This document shows positions 51,279-52,286 of a stretch of 52,286 nt of DNA, in pieces. Position 1 is the stretch's first letter; every line of letters begins with the position of its first letter. The notes beneath the pieces are model-generated. The model saw only the letters and a program-made list of their open reading frames with translations, was not told where the DNA came from and searched no databases. The DNA lies in contig NC_068999.1 in NCBI RefSeq assembly GCF_001194135.2, positions 31,073,734 to 31,126,019 of the forward strand, in the 5' to 3' direction. The DNA comes from Octopus bimaculoides (Eukaryota). Made by a program: the position numbers and the translations under genes.

Positions 51279-51485
51279 TAACAATTTTCAGTAACAACAA
51301 TATGTATTTTATCTTCCTCACTTATAACAATCATTTTATCTTCACTAACAATAAGTGTTTTATCTTCATTCTTATACAAAGTCTTCAAAAGCTTCTGTTT
51401 TTTTAAACTTGCTGGTTCCATTTCTGCTTTATATTCTACTTTGAATTTATCTCTTGTCACAGGCACTTTACAACATTGCCAAACT
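51279..51485 (-). CDS. Possible 207-nt host exon (VWQCCKVPVTRDKF...EDKTLIVSEDKMIVISEEDKIHIVVTENC)
   Basis: Flanked by TTTAG| and |GTAAGT, open frame, length divisible by 3. Weak polypyrimidine tract; no homology recognised. Confidence 0.15.
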
Positions 51486-51705
51486 CTAAATCAATTACTG
51501 TAAGCATTAAATAACCACTTTTATCACCAAATATAAGCTGTATTTTTGTTCTCATTTCTTTTAATTTTACTTCTTATTTCTAGTCCTTAGCAACAAAATA
51601 CTGAGAAATAAGAAAACAAGAACATGTGCTTCTTGTTTAGTTAAATACCTGTTTGGTTCTTTTCAATTAATACAGATCAGTATGGATATTTGTAAGTATA
51701 ATTAA

Positions 51706-51960
51706 CTAGCAGAGCAACCCGGCGTTGCCCGGGAATTAAATTGTTGCTTATATAGTGGAAGGAAAAAAGCAAAATATGCTGTATAGAAATCTGAGGACAT
51801 TCTGTAGATGGACTCCCAGATGAATGATGACTGGACACCTCTCATGAATTGGAAAATTGAAGATGCGCCAAAAAGCCTCATTGGTACTTGGAAACTTTTA
51901 CGAGAATTAAAATGTGGCTTAAATGAAAAAAATGATTTACGTGAATATCCTCACAAGAGT
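51706..51960 (-). mobile_element. Non-autonomous Helitron 3' end
   Basis: Minus strand: hairpin CCCGG-GCAACG-CCGGG (51733-51718), then TTGCTCTG, CTAG (51709-51706) and T. The upstream boundary is unknown. Confidence 0.78.
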
Positions 51961-52286
51961 TACTGAAATAAATTGCGATTGTGGAACCCCTCACGCACGC
52001 ACGCACGAAAGCACACGCGCACGCACACACACAGAGTATCACACATCAGATGAAATGGAAGTGTGTGTGTGTGTGTGTGTGACAGAGAGAGAGAGAGAGA
52101 GTGAGAGAGAGAGAGAGGTTTGTTGTCATGTATACGTACATGCATAAATATGCATACATCTTTGTGTGTGTGTGTGTGTGCGTGTGTATGAGAGAGAGAG
52201 AGAGAGAGAGAGAGAGTAAATCTATACTATATATAAAACAGAGATGTGTGTGTAATCGACTTCACCAAATGCTTCCATACTTGTGA

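Overview
Eukaryotic, AT-rich, repeat-saturated scaffold segment with four large N-gaps (21549-21918, 24888-25431, 26446-27311, 29659-30246) and one 10-N gap. The repeat repertoire resembles my recollection of coleoid cephalopod (Octopus-like) DNA; that assignment is inference. No host protein-coding gene can be called confidently; there are only two weak exon candidates, one at each end. Almost all recognisable sequence is transposon-derived: many RTE LINE fragments, two CR1/Jockey-group LINE fragments, tRNA-derived SINEs, mariner/maT/Tigger/hAT/piggyBac-type DNA elements and MITEs, Helitron Rep and Pif1 fragments with termini, a Gypsy LTR element (both LTRs, tRNA-Leu PBS, PPT) nested in a decayed Copia-like element, and two Penelope-like elements (PLEs). 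The most notable items are (i) a nearly intact Naiad-type PLE whose 3' end carries a minimal hammerhead ribozyme with a variant core, (ii) a second hammerhead in a short non-coding, microsatellite-flanked retrozyme-like element, and (iii) a PHD-type zinc finger inserted inside the RT domain of the local RTE family. All family assignments come from motifs read by eye; no database searches or folding programs were run.
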